Virus record (IMG/VR): IMGVR_UViG_3300031953_000001
Length of the DNA stretch: 64,000 bases
DNA from: a virus
Taxonomy: Duplodnaviria; Caudoviricetes
Reading direction: 5' to 3' (one strand)
Positions within the stretch are counted from its first letter, which is position 1. Every line of letters starts with the position of its first letter. The translations under genes and the position numbers were made by a program. The notes under the pieces are model-generated. The model worked only from the letters and a program-made list of their open reading frames with translations. It ran no database searches and was not told where the DNA came from. Shown in pieces: positions 28,882-39,833 of the stretch.

Positions 28882-31865
28882 ATGCAACCGTATGCTACGT
28901 TTTACCGCAATCACGGCATTCGCCTGAAGGCGCAGTTAACCAACCCGCCTCTGGGGGCGGTCAGCGACTTGATGTTGCCTAAAGACAGCATTGTTCATCA
29001 TCTAAGTATGGACGATGTGGCCTTAGGGCCAGAGCCGGAAGACGCGCTGTTCAAACACCACGATGGCCGTGTGTTGGTTGAGCACGTGGCGGAACTGAGT
29101 GGTCCTGTAGGTGGCCCTAGACCCAACCGCAGCACCCCACAAACCCAACTGTCACGCAATTACCACCGGCGCTTTCGCACCATGCGTCCGTTGCACGACT
29201 TTGATAAGTCTCTGCGCGATCCTCGCACGTTGATTGTTGAGAACTATGCCCACTTAAATCAGCTGTGGCAGTACATGCGTTCGGTCTACGCAGGTTACTA
29301 CAAGTGGCACAACATCTTAAAGACCCTGGTAGAAACCGTCAGTCTGCGGTGTGAGAACAACGACCGCCAACACTTCATCGCTATGAAGGCCCCTAATCGC
29401 CTGCCCACTCGTGCCATGCTAATGAAAGCCGAGCAAGGGCATAAAGCCATGCCTAAGGATTTGGTGGAGATCTTTGCCCGGCCGGAACAGATGTTCCTAT
29501 TGGAGCTGTGGACTTGGTTGGGGGAATCCTCAGACCAGTCGGTGTTCAGTGCGTTAAAACCCGAACATTACCACAAGATCAATCTGGTCTATGTCGAGAG
29601 TGGGTCTTGGTTTGTGGTCAACCTGGGGAAGTTGCTGGAAGTCTTTGGGGAAGAAGCCGATGACAGTGACGGCAGCACTCAGATGCAACGCTATTTCATG
29701 CGTCTGATGATCTCGGTGTTTGAATTGCGCACGGCGGTGATTAACGAAACCGACGACACTCAAGGTGAGGTCTCAACCGTAGTAACCAAAGACCCTGAGA
29801 ACCGTGTGGACGAGCAAGCCATCGACGAGGACTTGGAACAACTGGAAAAGTTGTCTGAGACCATCGCTGAGAAAGAAAGCACTCAGCCGCGTCAAGAAGC
29901 CCCAGAAGATTCTTCCGATGCTCTGTTACAACGTGTGGAGGAGATGGGCGAGAATGGCAAACTCTCACCCTCACAACAGAAACGCTTTATCAAACTGGTG
30001 GAACGGCATCGTCAGATCCCAAGCCCTTATGGTGAAGGTACCTTAGATGAGTACCGTAAGATCAGCCCTAAGGATTTGGAACTGAACCCTGAGTTGATCA
30101 AACTGCCAAAGATGGCGGGGGTGACGGATGAGTCCATGTTGGAATCCACACTCATGGCCTTTGACAGTCAGTACCTGAGCACGGTCTTTAACAAAGACGT
30201 TATTAATGCCGCCATGGCGGTGCAGAACGCTGGGGTGATTGTTACTGACTACGAGGTTGAGGAAATTGAGGACGCCGCGAATCACTTTCAACAAGTGACC
30301 ATGCGCCTGACGCCGATCGACGGAGAGCCGTCTACTGTTAGGTTCCGCTTACCGGTGGTGGATAAGGATGGGGTGTTTGTCGCCAACAACGTCAAGTACC
30401 GACTGCGCAAACAACGTGCCGATAAACCGATCCGTAAGACCACGCCGAGCAAAGTGGCCCTGACCTCGTACTACGCCAAAGCGTTTGTCGAACGGTCTCA
30501 GAAAAGCGTGGTCAACTACCCTAAGTGGTTGTCCAAGCAGATCGAGTTGAAAGGCATGGACAGTGAGGATGAGTCGGTCACCGACCTGAAACACATCAAG
30601 ACCTTTGTGTCAGATCAAACTCTGCCACGGATTTACACCATCTTGTCACACCACTTTCGTGAGTTTACCGTCGACGGTAAGTACCAAATCTACGTGGACT
30701 ACACTCGTCGCCTAACGCGTTTTACCGACGCGGTTGTCTTGGCGGTGGAAACGGATGGGTTTGTGTTTGTGGGGATGAGTGGGAATGATCCGTTGGTGGT
30801 GGATCAGAACAACACCTTCTATTTGGTGAAGAACGGGAAGCGAGAGATCCTGGGGCGCATTGAAGACCTGTTGGGGTTGGATGCCAGTAAAGCACCGGTG
30901 GAGATTGCTGAGTTGCAATTGTTCAGTAGAACCATCCCGGTGGGCATTGTGTTAGGTCATCGGATGGGCTTGAGTGAGCTGATGTCGTTGTTGGAGGTGG
31001 TGCCGCGGCGAGTCCCGGTTGGGGAGCGTTTAACGCTCACCGATGATGAGTACGCTCTGAGGTTTGCCGATGAGTCGTTGGTCTTTAATAAAGACAACCA
31101 GAAAGCGCAGTTGGTCTTAGCGGGGTTTAACCGCTATCATCGCAGCATCCGTCAGTACAATGTGGATACGTTCGATGATTCTGAAGTCTACGTCAATGTG
31201 ATGGAGGATAGTGGCATTCGGGTAGGGTCGGTGCGCGAACTGGAACTGACCATGGACATGTTCGTTGATCCGATCACTCGCGATTTGCTGGTAGAGATGA
31301 ATGAGCCTACCACCTTAGCGGGGTTGTTGATACGGTCGTGTGAGTTGCTGATGTTGGACTGGCATCCGGATGAGACCGACATGTCAGCGATGCGCATTCG
31401 GGGTTATGAGCGTATGGCGGGGGCGGTTTACAGCGAGTTGTTGAAAGGCGTTCGGCGTTACCGCTCACGAGGCGTTGGCAGTGCCGCTAAAGTGGACATC
31501 AACCCAGAAGCGGTGTGGATGAACATCAACAAAGACGCGAGCATCTCTCAGATTGAGGAATCCAACCCTATCCAGAACTTGAAGGAGAAAGAGTTGGTGA
31601 CCTACATGGGCACCGGTGGGCGAGGAACTCGCAGCATGGTCAAGCACACTCGAGCGTTTCACAAGAACGACTTGGGGGTGATCTCTGAGGCCACGGTGGA
31701 TTCATCCGCAGTCGGGGTGAACGCCTACCTCTCAGCCAACCCACAACTGAAAAGCCTGCGGGGTATTACCGGGCAGTACGTCTCTGGAGAAACCCCAAAC
31801 TCAGCCATGATCAGCACCTCAGCGTTGTTGGCTCCGGCCGCCGACGTGGATGATCCAAAGCGTGT
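28882..31865 (+). CDS. virion RNA polymerase beta subunit (phiKZ gp178-like), exon 1
   Basis: RpoB-like motifs (SNPIQNLKEKELVTYMGTGGR, HKNDLGVISE); coding similarity stops at DDPKRV and resumes after the intron. Confidence 0.85.
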
Positions 31866-33264
31866 TAACCTTAGCACCCTTGCGTTGTAAGACGCATTGA
31901 ATAACTTCCCTAAAACGGGAAACTCTTACTTTTGAACGAGTATGAAGTAGTTTGACATATGGTATGTGATATCAATAGAGTACGTACCCATGTCAGAACC
32001 AAAGAGAATACCAGGCTATAGTCGCTATGGAATAACTGAAAGCGGCAAACTGTTTAATCTAACGACCGGAAAAGAACTTAAGACCAGTGCAGATCCACGA
32101 GGTTATCACCGGACCGCATTGGTGAACGATGACGGAGTGCAAAAGGGCGTTAAACGCCATCGCTTGGTTGCACTTGCTCATCTTAAGTACCCGGAAGGAA
32201 ATATTGAGGAGTTTGTCGTTAATCACAAAGACTCCACCCCAGGGAACGATTGGAAAGATAACTTGGAGTGGTGTACCCAACAGTGGAACGTGGATCATTG
32301 GAAAAGGAATGGCGTTAAGAAGAAAACCATTCCATTGGAAGTCCTAAACAATCAAGACGGTACGCTTGTGAGATACTCGTCCATCGGCGAGTGTGCGAGT
32401 GCCTTAAATATCGAACGATACTCGATATGTCTCAGATTGAACCGGGGTCCGGAATACGTTTGGCCGGAAGGTGAGCGTTATCGATACGGACACAGTAATG
32501 ATCCTTGGCCAGAAATCGAACCGATGAAATACGGTAGATCTAGGGACGTGATCATTAGGGACTTAAGATGCAATAAATCCATTGTGTTTGGGAAGCTCAG
32601 CGACGTTCTACCGTACGTTGGGTTTAAACTTGCTGCGGTGTGGGGATGGGCAAACGATTCATCTCAGCCCGTCGTCTCTGGTCTGTTTCAAATACAGTTT
32701 ATGGACGACTTTGCACCTTGGCGAGAAGTGAGTGATGTGTACGAAGAGTTACAACGTGGAATGAACTGTAAGGTTGTTTTCGTGTTTGACTCAAACTGGT
32801 GCGACCCAGTCTGGTATCAATCGGCGTCTCTATGCGCCGAACTCAACGGTTTGAAGCCTACGGGTTTGAACTACCGATTGAAAATAAAAGGACAACGTGT
32901 CTTCAGTGATGGTAAACGATACTGTTACTACGACGATCTGTCCGACGTTCAAAAGAAGACAATCCGTTACGAAGTCCCTCCTGAGGGATGCGTTCAACGG
33001 CCATCGAAAGCTGCGGCCCGATTCTGGGTTCAGTGACATCCGTATAAAACCGGGTGGTTGTCAACACTGGCAATTAAAGCAAGTAGAGTACAGCCCAAGC
33101 GATTGGGGTTCAGGTCTGGGGTAATCACCCACTAATGCCTGATTAAATGGAAACGGGAAGCTTCCTGATACACTCAGGAAGATGAGATGGTCTGACCCTT
33201 ACGGTAACGTAGGGCGGGTGCCTAAGCGCACCGGCTTCGAGTAGCGATCGAAGTGGACATAGTG
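31866..33264 (+). mobile_element. group I self-splicing intron with HNH homing endonuclease
   Basis: 5' splice after U31865 (U.G pair in P1 gtgt/gcac); terminal G33264; P2 31881-31896; P3 cttccc(31905-31910)/gggaag; P4 aacgg/ccgtt; P7 ggccat/atggtc; P8 ttcctga/tcaggaa; three P9 hairpins. Splicing restores in-frame DPKRVNFISIQNTHM. Confidence 0.9.
31966..33036 (+). CDS. intron-encoded NUMOD4-HNH homing endonuclease
   Basis: PGYSRYGITESG, RHRLVALAHL, VNHKDSTPGNDWKDNLEWCT; visibly AT-richer than flanks; likely ATG at 31990. Confidence 0.9.
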   Translation: MISIEYVPMSEPKRIPGYSRYGITESGKLFNLTTGKELKTSADPRGYHRTALVNDDGVQKGVKRHRLVALAHLKYPEGNIEEFVVNHKDSTPGNDWKDNLEWCTQQWNVDHWKRNGVKKKTIPLEVLNNQDGTLVRYSSIGECASALNIERYSICLRLNRGPEYVWPEGERYRYGHSNDPWPEIEPMKYGRSRDVIIRDLRCNKSIVFGKLSDVLPYVGFKLAAVWGWANDSSQPVVSGLFQIQFMDDFAPWREVSDVYEELQRGMNCKVVFVFDSNWCDPVWYQSASLCAELNGLKPTGLNYRLKIKGQRVFSDGKRYCYYDDLSDVQKKTIRYEVPPEGCVQRPSKAAARFWVQ

Positions 33265-34384
33265 TAATTTTATCTCAATTCAGAACACCCATATGGTTTC
33301 CGCCGAAGGCTATCGCCCGAACCCGGTACGTACGGGGTATGAACGGATGATGCCGCATCGGGTAGACGATCTGTTTGCCTACACTGCAAAGCAAGATGGG
33401 GAAGTCGTTAAGAAAGACAAGTACCACGTGACTGTGCGGTACGCGGACGATTCGGAGGTCAAGATTGAGTTGGGTCGGCGGTTTGGAACGGTGCCTGGAA
33501 CTATTGTGCCCCACGAGGTGGTGTGCAATCTGTCCGTGGGTGACACACTCAAAGACGGGGACGTGGTGTGTTACAACCGCGACTTCTTTGAACCCGATCC
33601 GTTAAACGCCAATCAGGTGTTGATGCGCACTGGGATCATGGCTAAGACCGCCATCGTTGAGCGCTCGCACACTTGGGAAGACGCGTCGGTCATCTCAGAG
33701 AAAGTGGCCAAGGCGTTGGGGACTAAGATCACCAAGATCCGAACCATTCTGGTGCGTTTCGATCAGACGATTCGCAACCTAGTGGCGGTGGGTACCGAGG
33801 TGGATTTGGAAACTATCCTATGTACGATTGAGGACTCAGTCACAGCGGACAACGATCTATTCGACGAAGAAAGTCTGGACAGTTTGCGCTTGATGTCTTC
33901 CAACACCCCCAAAGCCAAAGTGCACGGGGTGGTCGAACGCATCGACGTGTTCTATCACGGCGATCTGGAAGATATGTCGGAATCTCTGTTGGGCATTGCC
34001 GAAGTGGGCGATAAAGAACGCAAACAGAAACTCAAAGCGTTGGGTAAGAAAGTCACGTCTGGACACGTCGACGGGAACGTGAGGATCGATAAAGACCCTC
34101 TGGACCTGGACAGCATGGCCATTCGAGTGTACATCACTGAACGTATGGGTGCCGGCATAGGCGATAAAGGCGTGTTCGGCAATCAAATGAAAACGGTCTT
34201 CAGCAACGTGATGACTGGGATGAATGAATCCGAAAGTGGGGTAGAGCTGGATGCGATGTTCAGTTACCTAAGCATATCCAACCGTATAGTCTTGAGTCCT
34301 GAGGTGGTGGGTACTACCGCTACCTTACTTCGAATCATGTCCAAGAAAGTGGCTGAACGCTATTTCTCCAAGAAGGGGCAATAA
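33265..34384 (+). CDS. virion RNA polymerase beta subunit (phiKZ gp178-like), exon 2
   Basis: PVRTGYE, WEDASVIS, GIGDKGVFGNQMK, ISNRIV correspond to RpoB motifs (EDS, GDK, GNKG). Confidence 0.85.
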
Positions 34385-34387
34385 ACC

Positions 34388-34603
34388 ATGAGTAGCAGTG
34401 AAGAAATGAAAGCGCGCGAATACGAGACCTCAGCGGTCTTGGCCAATGCGATACAAGCCGGGGCAAACGTGATCCGACGTGTGGCAGGCAACGACATTGC
34501 CGATGGATTTGACGGTGAGCAAATCACCTCCGACGAATTGAATTCCACGTTGGCCGCTAAAATCAACAGTTACTTGATGAACCCGACAGGAGGTCAGCGA
34601 TGA
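34388..34603 (+). CDS. small hypothetical protein (SPN3US gp242-like position)
   Basis: 71 aa ORF packed between the RNAP beta gene and the next gene (ATGA overlap). Confidence 0.65.
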   Translation: MSSSEEMKAREYETSAVLANAIQAGANVIRRVAGNDIADGFDGEQITSDELNSTLAAKINSYLMNPTGGQR

Positions 34604-36051
34604 TTACGGAAAAAGTCCTGGCGGCGGTTCATCCCCTCCAAGCGCAGTTGTCTGAAAAAGGGCACTACCTGAGTGTGGCAAGCGGCAGTCCGTTGGCGGA
34701 GTTGTTGGACGCGAACTTGTCTCCAATGGCGTCGGCCATGGCCACCACCCCTGAGTCGCCGATTCCAAGTGCCTTACTGGTGGAAGATTCCAAACGGATG
34801 GGTCCGGATGGGGAACGTCAACACGATCATTCCATGAAGGAACTGGTGGATTTGGCGTCTTCCGCCGTCACTGGTAGTTTCCACATTACCCGCAACGACG
34901 TGATACCTGCTACTAAAGCGGTGCACGAGGTGTACGCGGCGCGTTTGCAAGAGATGGAGATTGATGCTAAGCAACCGGTCACCATCCTGCCAAACATCTA
35001 CCACGCCATTTGGGGTAGCGCGGAACTGAACGGATTGGTAGAACGGTTTGAAGACGTACCTCTGAACGAAGCCAAGTCCACGTACAGTCTGCCAAAGGTA
35101 GACGGTGCAACGCTCATGGCAATGTTGAAAACCGGCATTGCTCAGTTTGATGCCTTGACTGACGATTGGATGGCCAATCAGCCGGTGGATAAACCGATGG
35201 AGACCTATAACCGGTTCTTCGTGGGGGGTGAGATGGCCATAGGTCGTCCAACCAACGCCGTTCACCTGACCAACACCGGGATGCTGGATCGCAACGATCT
35301 GTTGCTCGTCTTTCTGGTGGCCAGTAACTTTGAAGAACACATGCCCGATGGCATGACCGTGGCTTTGGATCAACTGCGACTGATGCTGTCACGCATTCGT
35401 GAGCAGGCCGGTCGGGCCGTTGCCGGGGAACTGACCCGTCGTGATCGGGATCGTCGTAACAAAGTCTTGGTGTACGAAGTCAATAAGCACGACTGGCACT
35501 TCAGCACCGATGGTCGGACCGTGGTCAAAGTCAACAACGACGTCTATAAAGCCTATTTAGAAGAGAACGGTACGCCGGAAGCTATCTATGGGGCCGTCAC
35601 CTCAGGTGCCAGCACAGCCTATCAGGCGCTGTTGGACGAGGGCGATAAGAACGCCGCTCGTTGGGCGCGGCACGTGGGTCTGCACACGCAAAAGGTCTCA
35701 GCTCAAATCTTCACCAGTCAACGGGAAGCGGCGCGCTTGGCAATGGTTCGTTACATCAACGAGCAAGACGAAGAGGAATTGATTCGTCCTCGGGCAGAAT
35801 TGCACAAGAACACCGTGGACGCTCTAGGGAAGATGCAACCCAAAGACTTCTCCGACGACATGGCTGCCTTGCGACGGGTGGTGTGTGAGGTGCTCTTCTG
35901 TCACACCAACGCTAAGATGGTGCTGGATGCCATGGACACCGCGGAGATGGAAAACCCTGAGATGAACGCACGCGAGTGTGCGTTGTTGGCGTGCATTGAT
36001 CTGGTGGCTCGCTGGATGGCCGCGCAAATCAACGTCAGTTACTCCAAGTGA
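34600..36051 (+). CDS. putative head protein (phiKZ gp177 / SPN3US gp243-like by position)
   Basis: 483 aa; GGAGG upstream; recalled synteny. Confidence 0.6.
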   Translation: MITEKVLAAVHPLQAQLSEKGHYLSVASGSPLAELLDANLSPMASAMATTPESPIPSALLVEDSKRMGPDGERQHDHSMKELVDLASSAVTGSFHITRNDVIPATKAVHEVYAARLQEMEIDAKQPVTILPNIYHAIWGSAELNGLVERFEDVPLNEAKSTYSLPKVDGATLMAMLKTGIAQFDALTDDWMANQPVDKPMETYNRFFVGGEMAIGRPTNAVHLTNTGMLDRNDLLLVFLVASNFEEHMPDGMTVALDQLRLMLSRIREQAGRAVAGELTRRDRDRRNKVLVYEVNKHDWHFSTDGRTVVKVNNDVYKAYLEENGTPEAIYGAVTSGASTAYQALLDEGDKNAARWARHVGLHTQKVSAQIFTSQREAARLAMVRYINEQDEEELIRPRAELHKNTVDALGKMQPKDFSDDMAALRRVVCEVLFCHTNAKMVLDAMDTAEMENPEMNARECALLACIDLVARWMAAQINVSYSK

Positions 36052-36059
36052 GGTGAAGC

Positions 36060-36776
36060 ATGAACCTGTCTGAGTTTCAACGGGACCCAGCACGGGTTCA
36101 AGCTCAATTGCAAGAGATGGATGATGGGTCGGTGGTGTGCAAGAAAGAAGTTAAGTTGTACATACCGACTCGGTTTCGCGATAAGAATCTGTGTACCATG
36201 GGTAACGAAATCTACGTCCTCGGGATCTTCATGCTCGCGGTAGAAGATCGTTACTACGCGGTGAACAACATCGCCGCGATGATGCGGATTGAGCCGTCGT
36301 CAGTGAACACAGTGGTGCTCGATGACAAAGACTATTTTGAGTTTCTGTTTGAACCGGGCGATCGGGTGTTTGCGGCGACGGATCTGGTGAAAGACGACAA
36401 GTTGATCTATTACATCTTTGATGAGATTGTGGCCAAAGGTAATGTGCCGGTCTATCTTGATTATTTGGATCTGGGGCGTTTGTTTGATTCAGCACCGCAC
36501 TACGCGGGGGTCACACTGGCCAGTACGCCCACCGTTCTACACATGTTGTTGTCGGTAATCGCTCGCAACCCGGACGACTTGAACCAGTTCTTCCGGCAGG
36601 TCACTACAGGAAAAGATCTGGAGCGGGTAAAGTTCATTCAGTTACGCAGCAGTACGCACGGGGCGAACAACACCACCGCTCGCTTACTGGGCTCTCACTT
36701 CTCGGACAACCTGACCAGCGCGTTGGTAAACCCGAGCGATCGTGAGGAAAACATCGAACGCATTCTGAGAATGTAA
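36060..36776 (+). CDS. putative virion RNAP beta' middle subunit (phiKZ gp176 / SPN3US gp244-like)
   Basis: 238 aa; sits just before the prohead protease, where this subunit lies in related phages (recall); assignment rests on position and size. Confidence 0.55.
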   Translation: MNLSEFQRDPARVQAQLQEMDDGSVVCKKEVKLYIPTRFRDKNLCTMGNEIYVLGIFMLAVEDRYYAVNNIAAMMRIEPSSVNTVVLDDKDYFEFLFEPGDRVFAATDLVKDDKLIYYIFDEIVAKGNVPVYLDYLDLGRLFDSAPHYAGVTLASTPTVLHMLLSVIARNPDDLNQFFRQVTTGKDLERVKFIQLRSSTHGANNTTARLLGSHFSDNLTSALVNPSDREENIERILRM

Positions 36777-36788
36777 GGAACAACTACT

Positions 36789-37553
36789 ATGACCGAACGC
36801 GTCATGTTCAATAACACGATCCTTAAGGGGATCAACAAAGGAGGTGTCCTCAACGCAGACGAGGACGGCTACTACGATATGGTGCTGGGTGCCTTAGGGG
36901 TAATGAACAGCGCAGGCGAGTTATACGTCAACAGCGCTAACGCCCGTCGTACCTTTGAGCAAAACTCCACGCTGATGCGTCGAGTGTCTCAGGGGTTGTT
37001 ACGAGGCGAGTGGGGACATCCTGACCCAGCGGACAGTCCCAACTTCTTGGCGTTCGAATCTCGGGTGCGGAAGATCAAAGAAGACCGCATCTCCCACCAC
37101 ATCTCCAAAGTGTGGCTGGAAGAGATTGACTATAAGGGAAAGAAGACCTTGGCCATCTTAGGCAAGGTCAAACCCTGCGGTCCTTACGGCAAAGCGTTGG
37201 AAGAATCCATCAACAACCCGCAAGAGAACGTGACCTTCTCAGGTCGTTATTACTCCAACGTGGGTACGGTTGGTGCCATTCGACAACGAGAGATACACAC
37301 AGTTGCGACTTGGGACTTTGTGTCTGAGCCGGGGATTGAGTGCGCCAGCAAGTACGCGTCACCCTCGCTGGAAGATCGGGGTGGAATGATGATTGATGTC
37401 GCTCGTATGCAACAAGCGGTGGCGTTAGAAGCGCGTAACGTGGAAGCGTCTATGTCCATGGAATCTTCGGGTGGGTATCTGGCCAAAGACTTGATGGCGG
37501 ATCTGGGGTTCAAACCTCAAACTCGAACCAAGCATGGGTATTTGGAGTGGTGA
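36789..37553 (+). CDS. prohead protease (phiKZ gp175-like)
   Basis: LRGEWGHP (catalytic His), VKPCGPYG, FSGR, TWDFVSEPGI. Confidence 0.85.
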   Translation: MTERVMFNNTILKGINKGGVLNADEDGYYDMVLGALGVMNSAGELYVNSANARRTFEQNSTLMRRVSQGLLRGEWGHPDPADSPNFLAFESRVRKIKEDRISHHISKVWLEEIDYKGKKTLAILGKVKPCGPYGKALEESINNPQENVTFSGRYYSNVGTVGAIRQREIHTVATWDFVSEPGIECASKYASPSLEDRGGMMIDVARMQQAVALEARNVEASMSMESSGGYLAKDLMADLGFKPQTRTKHGYLEW

Positions 37554-37603
37554 GGGTTGATCTTACCAACCCAAGTTCTCTTTAAGGTGAGTCTCTGGGT
37601 AAA

Positions 37604-37639
37604 CGGCATAAGGGAAGGCGTTTGCCTTCCCTTATGCCG
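37604..37639. terminator. perfect inverted-repeat terminator
   Basis: cggcataagggaaggc-gttt-gccttcccttatgccg, a 16-bp stem. Confidence 0.85.
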
Positions 37640-37724
37640 TCTGGGCGGTGTGATAGAGCACTTATGTGTGTCTCTCAAAGTGCACTGAAATGGACCTATA
37701 CAATGACTTACATCGGAGGTACCT

Positions 37725-38273
37725 GTGACCCAATTCAAAGACTACTCTTACTTAACCCTTGATCGTAATCGCCCTGTGGTCTTCTTAGACTTGTGTGGGG
37801 TGTTAAACAACTATCTCAGTAACCACAGCCCTTGGGCTGAAACCGCAGTCCAGACCCGATGGTTAGGACACGATCACGTGGATGCGTATAAGGCCGATCT
37901 ACTGTTTGCGCTGTTTCGACATTACCGGGTTCAGGTGGTGATGGTGTCTTCCTGGGTGGGAAGCCATTTAGATCAGCGCCATTCGGATATTCAACGACTG
38001 ATCGATTTCTTCGACTACCCAGACGTGGTTGGAAGCGTCAACACCGGCGGTGGTGTCGGCCGTGGTGAGTCGGTGGTGGCTTGTGTGCATCAACATCAAC
38101 TGACGCGCTGGGCGGTGGTGGACGATGCTAATCGATTGTACAACTTGTCGGCATTGGGGGTAGGTCGCCTCTTTTCACCGCACGGGCGGTATGGCATCAC
38201 CGATTGGTTACTGGAATCGCTAGAATGGCAGGCACTCTCAGAGACGCCTGAAGAGATGTTTATTCACCCCTAG
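37725..38273 (+). CDS. HAD-superfamily protein (Swiss-Army-Knife RNA repair-like type)
   Basis: VVFLDLCGVLN, VMVSSW, RG..V, WAVVDD. Confidence 0.7.
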   Translation: MTQFKDYSYLTLDRNRPVVFLDLCGVLNNYLSNHSPWAETAVQTRWLGHDHVDAYKADLLFALFRHYRVQVVMVSSWVGSHLDQRHSDIQRLIDFFDYPDVVGSVNTGGGVGRGESVVACVHQHQLTRWAVVDDANRLYNLSALGVGRLFSPHGRYGITDWLLESLEWQALSETPEEMFIHP

Positions 38274-38345
38274 GCCAACATTGGTCTCAGGTGACATGTG
38301 GCCACCACAGCCAATCTGAGGACCGTACACACCTACTCTAGATTA

Positions 38346-38367
38346 TTTCAACGATATATCATCGAGG
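38346..38367 (+). promoter_or_regulatory. putative early promoter
   Basis: tttcaacgatatatcatcgagg, a variant of the motif at 16253, 60233 and 62090. Confidence 0.6.
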
Positions 38368-38487
38368 TGCCTATACATACGTGGGTCTCGCCGTGCGTAA
38401 TTCGTAACAGGTCGGCCTGCTTTGTATGTCAAGCACAACACGCGTGTTTAGAAATGTACCAACCAAACCAACTAAGGGATATTCCTA

Positions 38488-38958
38488 ATGTCTGACATTA
38501 AACCTCACGTCATCGCACTTGCCGCTAAACTGAAACCGGGTTTGAAACTCGGGGAAGGCGGTGTGATCATTGCTGATAAGGATCTGTACGAACAGAGCCT
38601 GCCAGACGAACTTACCATGGACAGCGTAAACGCGGTGTACGCCCACACCGAGAACCTGGTGGCTGGACTTACCCTGGCTACTGGCGAGATAGCCGAAGAA
38701 GCCATGAAGAAAGATAAAAAGCTGGACAGCGTGTCGTCGGAGCTGAAGATCGGTAAGCATGCCGAAATCAACGTTGGTTACCTAAGGTCGCAGCAGCAAA
38801 AGATCCGCGATCTGCAAAACCCGAAGAACCCACCCCGCGACGTAGTTAAATACGGTGTAACCACCGCGCGCGTTAAGACCCTGGGTCAGAAGAACAAAGG
38901 CGAACTCAAGAAAGTCCGCAGTGAACTCAGCGCCAAAGCCGAAGGGTTGTTTAAGTAG
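38488..38958 (+). CDS. Lys-rich hypothetical protein, possibly DNA-binding
   Basis: Own early-promoter motif and own hairpin (38978-39011); strongly biased codon usage. Confidence 0.75.
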   Translation: MSDIKPHVIALAAKLKPGLKLGEGGVIIADKDLYEQSLPDELTMDSVNAVYAHTENLVAGLTLATGEIAEEAMKKDKKLDSVSSELKIGKHAEINVGYLRSQQQKIRDLQNPKNPPRDVVKYGVTTARVKTLGQKNKGELKKVRSELSAKAEGLFK

Positions 38959-39152
38959 TAAACCTGAGCATCGAACTGGCCTGGGGGTAACAGCCCCCAG
39001 GCTTTATGCCGTGGTCTCTTATACCCGGTGCCATCGGTTGTTTTTTGTGTGTCTGAGTGTGTTTCACTCGGAATTGTATGACACAGACCAACTCGGCCGT
39101 CGCCGGGTACTTGACCACACGACGAGGAGCTACTTTCGTCTGGAGGATTGTC

Positions 39153-39815
39153 ATGATTAATCCACGCATTCGGTTGCTGCTTGACCCTCAATTTATTCGG
39201 TTCTCAGCCGACAGTTATCAATGGGCGCTGACCGCCGATCAAGAATACCACACCCTATCTCCATCGAGTCGTGCTGACATAGATTGTTATCGTCGAGGTG
39301 TGGTGTACACAGACACAGCCGTTGAGCTGATCAACGTTGAATTTAAAGACGTGCTTAAGGCCGATCGGTTAGGTAGAATCGTCGAAGCCGACGCTAAGCG
39401 GTCATGGTTGATCGTCAATCGCGCAACGCCAATCGATCCCCTAGGATTGGCATACACCTGGTTCATCACGCGGATCTCGTTGTACGTTCCAGACCGACAC
39501 GGTCGGGTTCACCGTCCGATACCTGAATCCTTAGACCGCGGGGGAGTGATCGATCATCTGTTCCGTCAGTTTTTAAGTTGGGCGGATAAGAACAATCACT
39601 TAACTGCTTTGAGTCCCACGCCCGAACAACCGGCGTTTATCGATGAGATCGAAGGATTGTTTACCACTACCGTTGATGTCTTGACTGCCAGTAACCCATA
39701 CGTTCAACAGATCTTTAAAGACAACGCCCTGGCCGAGACCTTGATTGCATCCACCCAGATCAAAGATAGTCACACCAGCACAGAGCCGATTGCCCAAATG
39801 GGGACCGGTAACTAA
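39153..39815 (+). CDS. hypothetical protein
   Basis: GGAGG before the ATG at 39153. Confidence 0.65.
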   Translation: MINPRIRLLLDPQFIRFSADSYQWALTADQEYHTLSPSSRADIDCYRRGVVYTDTAVELINVEFKDVLKADRLGRIVEADAKRSWLIVNRATPIDPLGLAYTWFITRISLYVPDRHGRVHRPIPESLDRGGVIDHLFRQFLSWADKNNHLTALSPTPEQPAFIDEIEGLFTTTVDVLTASNPYVQQIFKDNALAETLIASTQIKDSHTSTEPIAQMGTGN

Positions 39816-39833
39816 CGGAGGTACCACCGCCGA

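Noticed and set aside
31870-31890. The stop at 31890 and restart at 33293 could indicate a naturally split or pseudogenised RNAP beta gene.
   Set aside because: The intervening sequence has complete group I intron structure and its removal restores a continuous conserved reading frame.
33140-33165. A second aaacgggaa-like sequence in the RNAP intron suggested a nested or tandem intron.
   Set aside because: The gggaag here is the 3' strand of P3 (pairs with cttccc at 31905-31910) and leads into P8; one intron explains every element.
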